Below, piece by piece: positions 29,530 to 41,477 of a stretch of DNA of 64,000 bases. The notes under the pieces were generated by a model. It was not told where the DNA came from. It did not search any database and saw nothing but the letters and a program-made list of their open reading frames with translations. Source of the DNA: Octopus vulgaris. Taxonomy: Eukaryota. The DNA lies in NCBI GenBank assembly GCA_951406725.2, contig OX597814.1:131192001-131256000 (forward strand), read 5' to 3'. The translations under genes were made by a program, and so were the position numbers. The first letter of the stretch is position 1. Each line of letters opens with the position of its first letter.

Positions 29530-30721
29530 CATTCTAAAAGTTAGCTATTTTTCCCTTCTCCTTTGATGCTTTATATGGCAGTCTTGGCTTTCTTGAATTC
29601 TTGCTTCACTTTATTTTGACTCGTTGGCGTTTGTCTTGGACATTTTCAAAGTTAGCTCTTCAATTGGACTACCACGTCTAAGTATGGGATCCTATTGATG
29701 TGCGTTGCCTAATTGAAAACTTTTGTTTAACACCGTTTCCTCAGGCACCATTATATTAGTTTTGGCTAATTCTGAAAGAGAAAGAGCAAAGAAAAAGAAG
29801 CGAGTTCTAATCCTTAGCAATTTATCGATCTCGAAAGGATGAAAGACGAAGATGATCTTGGCGATATTTAACGGTAGCTTTTATTGATGTTAACAATAGT
29901 TATCACAGGTTAATGGAGAAACTTGTTGCACCTCATATTACGATTTTCCAGCATTTCCAGCATATTACGATTTTCCAGCATCTTTATGTCTTGACTCTAT
30001 CAAATTCGTTTTCGCATAATTTATCTTTTATTTGTTTCAGTCACGGGACCGTGGCCAAACTGGAGCACCACCTTGATGTGTTTGTTCCAGCAACTCGACC
30101 CTAATACTTATTTTCAAAGTCTAGCTCTTATTGTATCGATCGCCTTTGCCGAATCGTCAAATTACGGGGACGTAAATGAACCAACTTCAGCTGTCAAGTG
30201 GTGGAAACAGGACAAACAGAAACACAGACACGCTCACACATATGCATACACACACATGTACGTATGCTAGCTTAATGGTACTGTAGTGCTATTTTCGTTG
30301 GTGGTGACGGCGGCGGCGGCGGCGGCGGCGGTGGTGGTGGCGGTGGCGGTGGCGGCGGTGGTGGTGGTGGTGGTGGTGGTGGTTTCTGGAGAAAAAAATC
30401 CAGTTACTGACATAGGCTGTAGGAGCCGGTATAAATGCAGAAGGGAACTTTCAAAAATATTTTTTAGACGACCTTCTACGCCTCCACGTCTGGTGTTGAC
30501 GGCGCAAATGTATGTATGTATGTATGTATGTATGTATGTATGTATGTATGTATGTATGTATGTATGTATGCATGTATGTATGTATGTATGTATTCATGTA
30601 TGTATGCATGTATGCATGTATGCATGTATGTATGTATGTATGCATGCATGCATGTATGTAAATCAGTGGTTAGATGGATGGATGGATGGATGATATATGT
30701 ATATATACGATGGACTTCGTT

Positions 30722-30970
30722 GAGGCGCGTGGCTTAGTGGTTAGGCTGTCAGCATCATGATCGTAAGATTGTGGTTTCGATTCCTGGACCAGGCGACGCG
30801 TTGCGTTCTTGAGCAAAACACTTCATTTCACGTTGCTCCAGTCCACTCAGCTGCAAAAAATAATTAAAGCTACGATGGACTGGCGTCCCGTCCAGCTGGG
30901 GAACATACGCCATAGAAACCGGGAAACCGGGCCCATGAGCCTGGCTAGGCTTTAAAAGGGCGCATTTATT
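30722..30970 (+). mobile_element. tRNA-derived SINE family D
   Basis: Head gaggcgcgtggcttagtggttagg..ggtttcgattcc; homologs at 39648-39964 and 58762-58968. Confidence 0.85.
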
Positions 30971-30974
30971 ATTT

Positions 30975-31283
30975 GTGGAGGCGCAATTGCCCAGTGGGTA
31001 GGGCAGCGGACTCGCGGTCGGAGGATTGAGGTTTCGATTCCCAGACCGGGCGTTGTGTGTGTTTATTGAGCGAAGACACCTAAAGCTCCACGAGTTCCGG
31101 CAAGGGGTGGTGACAACCCCTGTTGTACTCTTTCGCTCCACCTTTCTCTCACTCTTTCTTCCTGTTTCTTGAGTAGCTGCGATGGACTGGCGTCCCATCC
31201 AGCTGGGCGGGGGGAACAGAAACGCCACAGAAACCGGGAAACCGGACCCATGAACCTGGCTAGGCTTGAAAAGGGCGCATAAA
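30975..31283 (+). mobile_element. SINE family C sharing its 3' tail with the adjacent family D copy
   Basis: Both end in gatggactggcgtccc.tccagctggg..gaaaccgggaaaccgg.cccatga.cctggctaggctt.aaaagggcgcat. Confidence 0.88.
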
Positions 31284-31718
31284 TAAATTTTAAAAATTCT
31301 CAGATGAGAAATTATCACTGGTAGAATCGTTAGCGCTTCATCGAGAATAACTTGCGACATTTATTCGGGTTCTTTACATACAGATCCCCCAGAGTGAACT
31401 TTATCATTCATCCTTTCGAGGTCAATAAAATAAAGCACAAATCAAGTACTGGGGACGGTGGTGTCGACTTTTTCCATGCTATTAAAATTGCTGGCCTTGT
31501 GCCAAAATCAGAGACCATTATTTTGCAATAAATATTTTCAGCCTTAATGTCTGAATGAATGTTATAGTCATACCTTTATTAAATCCATAGAGAAGGGCAG
31601 ATCGTTCTCAGAGCATTTTATCTTAATCTGTGATAATCTTAAAGCAGTTATGTCCGTAGTTGTGGTGACGTCTGAACTAGAGTATCAATAATTTCATTGG
31701 CCCCCGGGACTAAACTCA

Positions 31719-32105
31719 ACTCTTTTACTCTTTTACTTGTTTCAGTCATTTGACTGCGGCCATGCTGAAGCACCGCATTTAGGACTTATTCTTTGTAAGC
31801 CTAGCACTTATTCTATCAGTTTCTTTTGCCGAACCGCTAAGTTACGAGGACGTAAACACACCAGCATCGGTTGTCAAGCGACGTTGGGGGGGGGGACAAA
31901 CACAGACACACAAACACACACACATATATATATACATATATACGACGGGCTTCTTTCAGTTTCCGTCTACCAAATTCACTCACAAGGCTTTGGTCGGCCC
32001 GAAGCTATAGTAGAAGACACTTGCCCAAGGTGCCACGCAGTGGGACTGAACCCGGAACCATGTGGTTGCTAAGCAAGCTACTTACCACACAGCCACTCCT
32101 GTGCG
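31719..32105 (-). mobile_element. SINE family B
   Basis: Homology to the other family B copies. Confidence 0.88.
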
Positions 32106-32488
32106 GTTAAAATTAGAAATTCAGTCCCTGATCAAACTGTCCCCCAAACTGATACGCCTAGCTTTTGGGGGCCCTAATCAAGTGCTTTTATTCACTACAC
32201 CATTGTCGCGATGGTTCACACATCGGTGTATAGTGAAGATTCCTGATTTACGTAGAAGGCCAGCTATTTTGAGGCGAGGGAATAAGTCAAAGTCATTGAC
32301 CCTTGTACTTGAGTGATACTTTATTTTATCATGACCGCAGAGTTGAAAGGCAAAGTTGACCTCCGAGAAGAAACACTTTTTATGTCGAGATTTAGAGAAT
32401 TAAAAGGAAAAGACAAAATAATTATCTATCTGTGATTATTGATTATTGAAATAAAAAAATATTTTACACCTATCTATCTATCTATCTA

Positions 32489-32585
<97 letters not shown>

Positions 32586-32702
32586 TTTTTTTTCTTCTTT
32601 TCCTTTTCCATATTCGAAACGAATAGCTCTACATTTGTAATTGTCCCCTCTGTGTCCAGCCCTGTGTGGCCAATAAAGAAAGTTATCAATCAATCTGTCA
32701 AA

Positions 32703-32769
<67 letters not shown>

Positions 32770-33373
32770 AGTATCTATCTATCTATCTATCAAAACACTT
32801 GCTATGTAAGTACATCTCCATATTGTGTGTGTTTGTGTTTGTGTGTTTGTGTTTGTGTGTGTGTGTTTATATACTTTCCCACGACATAGCTATCTGTCTA
32901 TCTATCTATCTATCTATCTATCTACCTGTTTGTTTGTCTGACTCTCTGTCTGCCAGTCTGTCTGTCTATTTGTTTGTTTGTTTATGCATGTATGTATGTA
33001 TGTATGTATGTATGTATGTATGTATGTATGTATGTACGTACGTACGTACGTATGTATGTATGTATGTATGTATGTATGTATGTATGTATGTATGTATGTA
33101 TGTATGTATGTATGTATAGATGGATGTATAGATGGATGGATGGTTGGATGGATGGATGGATGGATGGATGGATGGATACGTAGATGCAGTGATCAAGTCG
33201 CAGATTCGATCGACGAAAATTATGACGTTATATTACAAACATTAATTGTTTAAGAGAAGTCAATGTTCTTTGTATGTTTCTGAATGTCAAATTTGCATCT
33301 TCCACGCTGCATTCATTTTAGTTCTTACACATGACCTCTCATCAAAACATTTCCTATGCAAGTACATCTCCAT

Positions 33374-33447
<74 letters not shown>

Positions 33448-33503
33448 TATATACTTTCCCACGACATAGCGTCCTACTTTTTCTTATTCTGTCTTTTGTT
33501 TCC

Positions 33504-33543
33504 TTTCTCCTGATGAAGGGCTAGCGTCCGAAAAGTCAAAGAC
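33504..33543 (+). ncRNA. Minimal hammerhead motif, core intact, stems I and III decayed
   Basis: CUGAUGA (33510-33516) A GGGC-UAGC-GUCC GAAA AG UC AAAGA. Confidence 0.6.
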
Positions 33544-33934
33544 TCTTTCCCTATGTTGTATGCGTTATATTACTAATACACCTTTCTTAAAACACGTTAA
33601 TCTCGTTTTTTGCTCCGCCTCTACTCATTACCTAATACACACGCACACATACACAAACACAAACACAGAAACACATACATGCACAAGTGCATAATGTGCC
33701 TGTGTGCTGTCATACGTTTAGTTACGAATCTTCACGTCTTAAGTTCAAATACTACTGAGACCGACTGTGCCTTTAATTGAGAGGAGGTCGTTAAAATAAA
33801 ATAGCCGTCAAGTATCGTGGTTGATTTAATTAGCTACGATCCCTTCTAAAGTGGTGGCCTTATGTTCTAATTAGAATATATTATAACTAATAATTGTATT
33901 ATCCCTCTCTTAGATGCTCTCTCTCTCGCACGCA

Positions 33935-33989
<55 letters not shown>

Positions 33990-34090
33990 GTTAAACCCTC
34001 CTTCTTCCCTACCTTCCTGAGCGTCCAATAATACTATATTTGTTCCACGTCCTCGCGCGTTGTTTTCTCTTTGTGTTTTCATGTTTGGAT

Positions 34091-34131
<41 letters not shown>

Positions 34132-34714
34132 CAGATATACACACACACACACATATATATACATGCTTATATATATATTATACCTACATACATACATACA
34201 AACATACATACATTAATAACTTATAATGAGAAAACAGAGAGATTGTAACTGTGGTAATAATAATACTTTATTATTTATTCGTTTCCAGTAAGTCTTATCG
34301 CTCCTTTGGCGGGGAAATTTGAATCATAACTACGAATACAATCGATTAAACCGCACGTGTATTTGACGCTCGCTGCGATTTAATAAATTGTATTTAAGAC
34401 AAACCTCTGCTGAAGATTTATGGATGTTATGTAAGTAAAATTGCATATTACATTAATAATGAAACAATTGTTCAGGATTAATCTATTTTTTCGTTGTGTT
34501 TCACTTATCTTACGTTAAATGTAGTGGTATTTCTTCTTGGAAACAACTTTTAGTGGCTATACATCTATTTTTAGCACTAGAGTGAACCACATAGTGGTCA
34601 CTCTCTAATATTTATGTATAAATTTGTATTTTATCCCTTGGTTTTTATGTGCTAAGCCACTTGGTGTTAAATTGATGGTATTATTAAATTAATATCAAAT
34701 TTTTCACCCTCATT

Positions 34715-34790
<76 letters not shown>

Positions 34791-35060
34791 TAAAGGGTGA
34801 AATATGATTAATTTAATAAAATCAATAAATTTCACCTCGTAGTATTTCGGTATGGAAAGGACCATATTCGGTAAAAATTTATATAATTATAATAAAGGGT
34901 TTTTTGCAACAAGTTGCTTAAACCACATACCGAAAATATTAGAAATAGCAGTCAAAGAGCTGCTATTACTATTACTACAAAAATAAGTCTCCACAAACAA
35001 CAGTATTTGTATGGTAAAAGAAGAAAGGAAAACAACGAAACCACACAGTCTACTGGATTA

Positions 35061-35118
35061 ATTATGGACGATCGTTTCTGGATTAGAATCGTAAAGTTCA
35101 TTTCCTCATCAACATAAT
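35061..35118 (-). ncRNA. Type-I hammerhead motif (UUGAUGA core variant) in PLE-terminal fragment 34787-35280
   Basis: AUUAUG UUGAUGA GGA..UCC A GAAA CGAUCG UC CAUAAU: perfect 6-bp stem I, palindromic stem III, GUC site. Confidence 0.72.
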
Positions 35119-35332
35119 ATTTCCCATAAATCTAGAAATGCTAGGAAAAACTTACCTCTTATATATTCGATCAAGCGACATCGAAAGATATAAGACCACT
35201 AGCATATCCACATTTATATAGACAATTCGTATCTTCCTCCAAAATCTCACCACGTGAGTCACAAAAACAGTACTGGGTGCATATATATATATCAGTTCAG
35301 CAAAAATTTAGATTCAGATGAATACGGTACTT

Positions 35333-35555
35333 TACCCACAAGGGGCTAAACATAGAAAGAAAAAACAAGGACAGACAAACGGATTAAGTCGATTATATCG
35401 ACCCCAGTGTGTAACTGGTACTTATTTAATTGACCCCGAAAGGATGAAAGGCAAAGTCGACCTCGGCGGAATTTGAACTCAGAACGTAGCGACAGACAAA
35501 ATACTGCTAAGCATTTCACCTGGTGTTGCTAACATTTCTGCCAGCTCGCCGCCTT
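35333..35555 (-). mobile_element. SINE family A nested in a PLE-terminal fragment
   Basis: Reverse copy; flanks tacggtactt / tatggtactt. Confidence 0.88.
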
Positions 35556-35632
35556 TATGGTACTTAAGTTAAAGGCACCAGAATTTGGTCATGTATTATC
35601 CATATACATTAAATGGAGTGATTATAATCAAA

Positions 35633-36169
35633 ATAAGCAACAAGGATATCCAAAGGTAGTGTGGTACAATCGCTTCATGCTACTTCGTTTAATTAAACAA
35701 TGTATTACATGAGTTTTAAAATGTAGAGCAATCATCAGCCATATATGGATTTTTTAAATTAAATTAACAATATTCATTTTTATACTTATTCCATTTGCCA
35801 ACATTACAAAGAGGGTAGGTATAGAGACAGGGAGGCGAATTTCACCAATAGAAACATGGTAGTAAATGATCTTTACTCATGGGTAGATTTCTTATCACAG
35901 TGATAAGAGTGATAAGAAATCTACCCATGAGTAAAGATCATTTACTACCATGTTTCTATTGGTGAAATTCGCCTCCCTGTCTCTATTCCTACCCTCTTTG
36001 TAATGTTGGCAAATGGAATAAGTATAAAAATGAGTATTGTTAATTTAATTTAAAAAATCCATATATGGCTGATGATTGCTCTACATTTTAAAACTCATGT
36101 AATACATTGTTTAATTAAATGAAGTAGCATGAAACGATTGTACCACACTACCTTTGGATATCCTTCTTG

Positions 36170-36174
<5 letters not shown>
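35633..36174. repeat. Near-perfect palindrome, 266-bp arms, 10-nt loop (inverted PLE terminal repeat)
   Basis: Arms 35633-35898 and 35909-36174; about 5 mismatches by eye. Confidence 0.95.
36066..36145 (+). ncRNA. Type-I hammerhead motif with a long stem-II loop (mirror copy 35662-35741 has GAAG)
   Basis: UGG CUGAUGA U UGCU..AGCA U GAAA CGAUUG UA CCA. Confidence 0.65.
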
Positions 36175-36219
<45 letters not shown>

Positions 36220-36222
<3 letters not shown>

Positions 36223-36961
36223 AGGGTAAATAATTTCTATAATGGTTTTTAAAAAAAGACCACAATTATTTACTGGTAGAATTCGGTATGTAAATATAGC
36301 CGATTACCGGCAGGAACTTCTGTAAAGTTCAGTATATATATTGTATATAAGAAAAAGGGACAGGCAACAGGTTGCTTGACCGCATACCGAAAAAAGTAGA
36401 AATAGCAGTCAAAAATGCTTATTTCTAATTTCCACAAATGGGGCTCCATGCACGACAAACCCTGTAATTCACATATGCAAAACAGAAGGAATAGATATTC
36501 GAAAACGAAGTCTGGTGGTTATCTGTGAACATCATGTTTCTGGATTATAAACATATTGAATATATATTTCATATATACTTTAGATATATATTTCATATAT
36601 ATTGCATATATATTTCACATCCTTCTTCAGCACAGCTTTCCATTGAAATAGATTTATCATAGATTTATCAAATGCTACGTACCTCAAATCTTCTGACCAT
36701 GCGACATCAAAATATTTGAAGAAAGCGAGCAAAGGCTAAACCTACATAGACGTTTGAATTCGTAAATCTTCCCTCCAAAATTTTGCCATGCGCACTACAA
36801 AAATAGTTCCATAGGAGTAGGAACTATTGGGTTGTCGTATATATGAAATATATATCTAAAGTATATATGAAATATATATTCAATATGTTTATAATCCAGA
36901 AACATGATGTTCACAGATAACCACCAGACTTCGTTTTCGAAATTAGAAATAAGCATTTTTC

Positions 36962-36965
<4 letters not shown>
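36220..36965 (-). mobile_element. PLE-terminal fragment with an inverted partial copy
   Basis: Related to 34787-35280; 36838-36942 is the reverse complement of ~36499-36600, and 36941-36960 of 36411-36430; (TA)n on both sides. Confidence 0.75.
36523..36635 (-). ncRNA. Hammerhead motif with an AT-repeat-expanded stem-II loop
   Basis: CUGUG CUGAAGA A GGA..(AT-rich, ~80 nt)..UCC A GAAA CAUGAUG UU CACAG: perfect 5-bp stem I. Confidence 0.62.
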
Positions 36966-37029
<64 letters not shown>

Positions 37030-37032
<3 letters not shown>

Positions 37033-37212
37033 GGCGAATTCACAAAAAGAATGCAAGACGAAGACAGGTGGTGTAGACAACAAACAGATGTATTAGTATA
37101 ATGCTCGGGAAGTGAAAAAGGTCTTTAGTGTTTCGAGCCTACGCTCTTCCATAGAAAGGAACACAGAAAGAAACAAGGGGAGAAAATAAAGAATGTGTAG
37201 TGGCTAGCGATA
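37030..37212 (-). mobile_element. Short PLE-terminal element homologous to 17853-18052, with a decayed hammerhead at 37122-37158
   Basis: CUUU CUAUGGA A GAGC-GUAG-GCUC GAAA CA CU AAAG. Confidence 0.7.
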
Positions 37213-37387
37213 TAATAAAGGTGAATATATATATAACAAATTAATAAATAAAACATATGCATATATACATACATATATGTACGTACCTACATCTACATGT
37301 ATATATACATGCATGTATGGGTACAGGACACCCAAAAAAACGTCGAACACAATGAGATATGTATATAAATATATATATAATAAAGGT

Positions 37388-37436
<49 letters not shown>

Positions 37437-37532
37437 GTATATATTCCTGCTTCCATATTTCCTGAGCGCCTATTAATAATAATACTGTAATTGTTCCACG
37501 TGTTGTTGTTTTATTGTTTTCCCGTTTGGATT

Positions 37533-37605
<73 letters not shown>

Positions 37606-37608
<3 letters not shown>

Positions 37609-39270
37609 ATAAATATTAGGGAATAAATCCAAATTTACAGGGAAAAAATCAGATTTAGGATTAAATCCAATTTTATAGTAAAATATTATATAATATTATT
37701 ATTAGAGACAAAACCACTATTTTGCAAAACAAACAAGGAAAGACTTAATCAATACATAAAATTTTAATAAAAAGTCAAAAAAACCGCCACTACAATTGTT
37801 TCTTGTCCTGATTGACAATCTTCAGGTGGACTTCCAATCTAAAATATCAATATTTTAAAATATAAAAATAATAATTTTAAAATAATTAAAGTATTAATGA
37901 AAAAATATAAATATATAATCTATATATAACCTATATATAACCCATATATAATCAACATATAAACAATATATAAACTAAAATAAACCTATCAACAATTAAA
38001 TATAAAATATAAAATATAAAACAAAACAAAAAATAAACTATATATACACCCATACACATATAACTAATTATATATAACCATATCTAAATACATACACTAA
38101 ATCACACACCTATATATATATCCCTATACATACACATAAAAACGTCTAGGCAACGATAAATAAATAAAATAGCTAAATACTACAACACAATACTTATTCA
38201 TACTCCCTCAACACACATACAACCCACATTCCCGCTCTAGAAACGGACATCACTTAAAATTATGAATGGAGAAATGGAATAAATGGAATTAAAAATTATA
38301 TTCACTTGGTAAAACGAACACTACTTAAAAATTATGAATGAAACAATGCAATAAAACAACAGAAATCGCAAACAGACACAAATTACTACGAATTCCTTAA
38401 CAAAACTACCATGATAAACCAAAACTCATAAAAACATATAATGATAAAATCTCCCTTTACTAAACTCTATAACATACCTATATAGCAATCCCCCTAACCT
38501 AAACATTCACACACAAATACACACACGTAAACCACACACCCACGACATATACAAATACCCACCCCACTCACACATACCTATACATACATATAAACCTCAA
38601 CATATACTCCAAAAACCCACTCAACCCCACACAGACAAATAAACACATACATCCCCAAACCTATATAGCAAACCCATAAACACATTCACACACAAATATA
38701 CATACGTAAAACACACACCATATACATATACATACTCACTAAACTCGATATATACAACAATATTAACACACCCACATTCATACAGATAAACAAACTACAC
38801 AACCAAAATACGCACACACTCACACACAATCCCACATACATAAACACTCCAAAGAAAAACAACATTATTACACATAATACGATATATAAAATACATCGTA
38901 AGTAACCAGAATATCAAAAATAACAATATGACATAAGGAGAAATAATATACATACTTTCAAGTCAGTTTCAAATTATGAAGTGAAATTAAATTCTAATCC
39001 GTTAAAAACATCAAACCAAAATTACGTTACCATAGGAACATAACTTATGTATAAAAAGAATACGCGCTATGGAAGCAAACGTCATTTAAAATTATGAATG
39101 GAGAAATAGAATAAATGGAATTAAAAATTATATACACGCGGTAAACCAACATATTGTTATTTTTGATATTCTGGTTACTTACGATGTATTTTATATATGG
39201 TATTATGTGTAATAATGTTGTTTTTCTTTTCCTTGTTTGTTTTGCAAAATAGTGGTTTTGTCTCTAATAA

Positions 39271-39280
<10 letters not shown>
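37606..39280 (-). mobile_element. PLE-like fragment with an A/C-rich body and an inverted composite end
   Basis: ~39151-39280 is the reverse complement of ~38851-38929 joined to ~37688-37741; related fragment at 3692-3830. Confidence 0.7.
37787..37829 (-). ncRNA. Compact type-I hammerhead ribozyme, all core nucleotides intact
   Basis: CCAC CUGAAGA UUGUC-AAUCAG-GACAA GAAA CAAUUG UA GUGG. Confidence 0.82.
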
Positions 39281-39308
<28 letters not shown>

Positions 39309-39448
39309 GGTATGTAGAAAAATACAACATGGACAAGAACGTATAACTCTTAGAAGACGATACAATAAACACGGACAGGACATTCGAAACCCTCAGTCTT
39401 CAGTCAAGAACCGGATCATCGTAGTAATTTCGGGTGATTAATCTTGAA

Positions 39449-39619
<171 letters not shown>

Positions 39620-39647
39620 AAGGTGAATATATTCACCTTTATTATAT

Positions 39648-39960
39648 ATGGCTCAGTGGTTAGAGCGTCGAGCTTACGATCGTGAGGTTGTGAGCTCGAA
39701 TCCCCGACCGGGCTGCGTGTTGTGTTCATGAGCAAGACACTTTATTTCACGTTGCTCCAGTTCACTCAGCTGTAGAAATGAGTTGCAACGTCACAGGTGC
39801 CAAGCTGTATCGACCTTTGTCTTTCCCTTGGATAAGACTGGTGGCGTGGAGAGGGGAGGCCGGTATGCATGGGCGACTACTGGTCTTCCATAAAAAAAAA
39901 CCTTGCCCAGAGGGTAACTCTCTAGGTGCAAACCCATGGTCACTCATGACCGAAGGGGGT

Positions 39961-39964
<4 letters not shown>
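39648..39964 (+). mobile_element. SINE family D-type head with a different tail
   Basis: tggctcagtggttagagcg..gagctcgaatccc..gagcaagacactttatttcacgttgctccagttcactcagctg. Confidence 0.85.
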
Positions 39965-40028
<64 letters not shown>

Positions 40029-40120
40029 TATTGTGTCTGGGGAGAGTCATTTTCTTTTTTTGCCTTATAATTTAACACACTTACCGGTAACATTTCCATA
40101 TATTTCTTATTTTTATTTTT

Positions 40121-40157
40121 CTAAAATTTTCGTTGCTTCTTGCAACCTTTTCAGTAG
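40121..40157 (-). ncRNA. Minimal hammerhead-like motif (core CUGAAAA, G8>A)
   Basis: CUA CUGAAAA G GUUGC-AAGAA-GCAAC GAAA AU UU UAG in a 160-bp element between (TA)n tracts. Confidence 0.5.
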
Positions 40158-40205
40158 TTTTGACTCTAAACCAAATCCAAAAGCGAAATATATATATGTA
40201 TATAT

Positions 40206-40293
<88 letters not shown>

Positions 40294-40502
40294 ATATATA
40301 TATATATTCTTTTACTTGTTACAGTCATTTGACTGCAGTCATGCTGGAGCACCACCTTTAGAACCACCACAGAACTTATTCTTTGTAAGCCTAGTACTTA
40401 TTCTATCGGTCTCTGCTAAGTTACGGGACGTAACCACACCAGCATCAGTTGTCAAGCGATGTTGGAAGACAAACACAAAATCTCAAAACATATACACATA
40501 CA

Positions 40503-40547
<45 letters not shown>

Positions 40548-40572
40548 ATCTATCTGTCTCTCTGTCTGCTGT

Positions 40573-40605
<33 letters not shown>

Positions 40606-40610
40606 TATAT

Positions 40611-40866
40611 ATCACGTGACCGACCAGGCTGTCAGATGTTGTTACATCGCTGGTCACAATGCGCTTCACATTGTTTTAGCCTTCCTATGACGCTACCCCG
40701 CTGGCTAAGCGAGTAGGCCAACAGAAGAAAGAGTGAGAGAAAGTTGTGGCGAGAGAGTACAGCAGGGATCGCCACCATCCCCTGCCGTAGCCTCGTGGAG
40801 CTATAGGTGTTTTCGCTCAATAAACACTCACAACGCCCGGTTTGGGAATCGAAACCGCGATCCTAC

Positions 40867-40867
<1 letters not shown>
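40611..40867 (-). mobile_element. SINE family C (5'-truncated) with a further tail type, within an interrupted family B copy (~40306-41090)
   Basis: Body matches 10015-10140; tail atcacgtgaccgaccaggctgtcagatg differs. Confidence 0.8.
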
Positions 40868-40934
<67 letters not shown>

Positions 40935-41090
40935 GTGTGTGTGTGTGTGTGTGAATACAACGGGTTTCTTTCCGTCTACCAAATCCACTCTCAAAGCTTT
41001 GGGCAGCCCGAGGCTATAGTAGCCACGAAGTGGGACTGAACCCGGAACCATGTGGCTGGTAAGGAAGCTGATTACCACACAACCACTCCT

Positions 41091-41477
41091 GTTTCAGTCA
41101 TTTGACTGCGGCCATGCTGGAGCACCACCTTTTAGTCGAGCAAATCGACCCTAGGACTTATTCTTTGTAAGCCTAGTACTTATTCTCTCGGTTTCCTTTT
41201 GCCGAAAAACTAAATGACGGAGACGTAAACACACCAGCATCGGTTGTCGAGTTGATGTTGGTGGGGTGGTGGAAAAATACAGATGCACAAACACGCACAC
41301 ATATGCATATATACGACGAGCCTCTTTCCGTTTCCGTCTACCAAATCCTCTCACAGGGCTATGGTCAGCCCGAGGATATAGTAGAAGACATTTGCCCAAG
41401 ATGCCACGCAGTGGGACTGAACCCGGAACCATGTGGTTGGTAAGCAAGCTACTTACCACACAGCCACTCCTGTGCCT
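41091..41477 (-). mobile_element. SINE family B
   Basis: Homology to the other family B copies. Confidence 0.88.
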
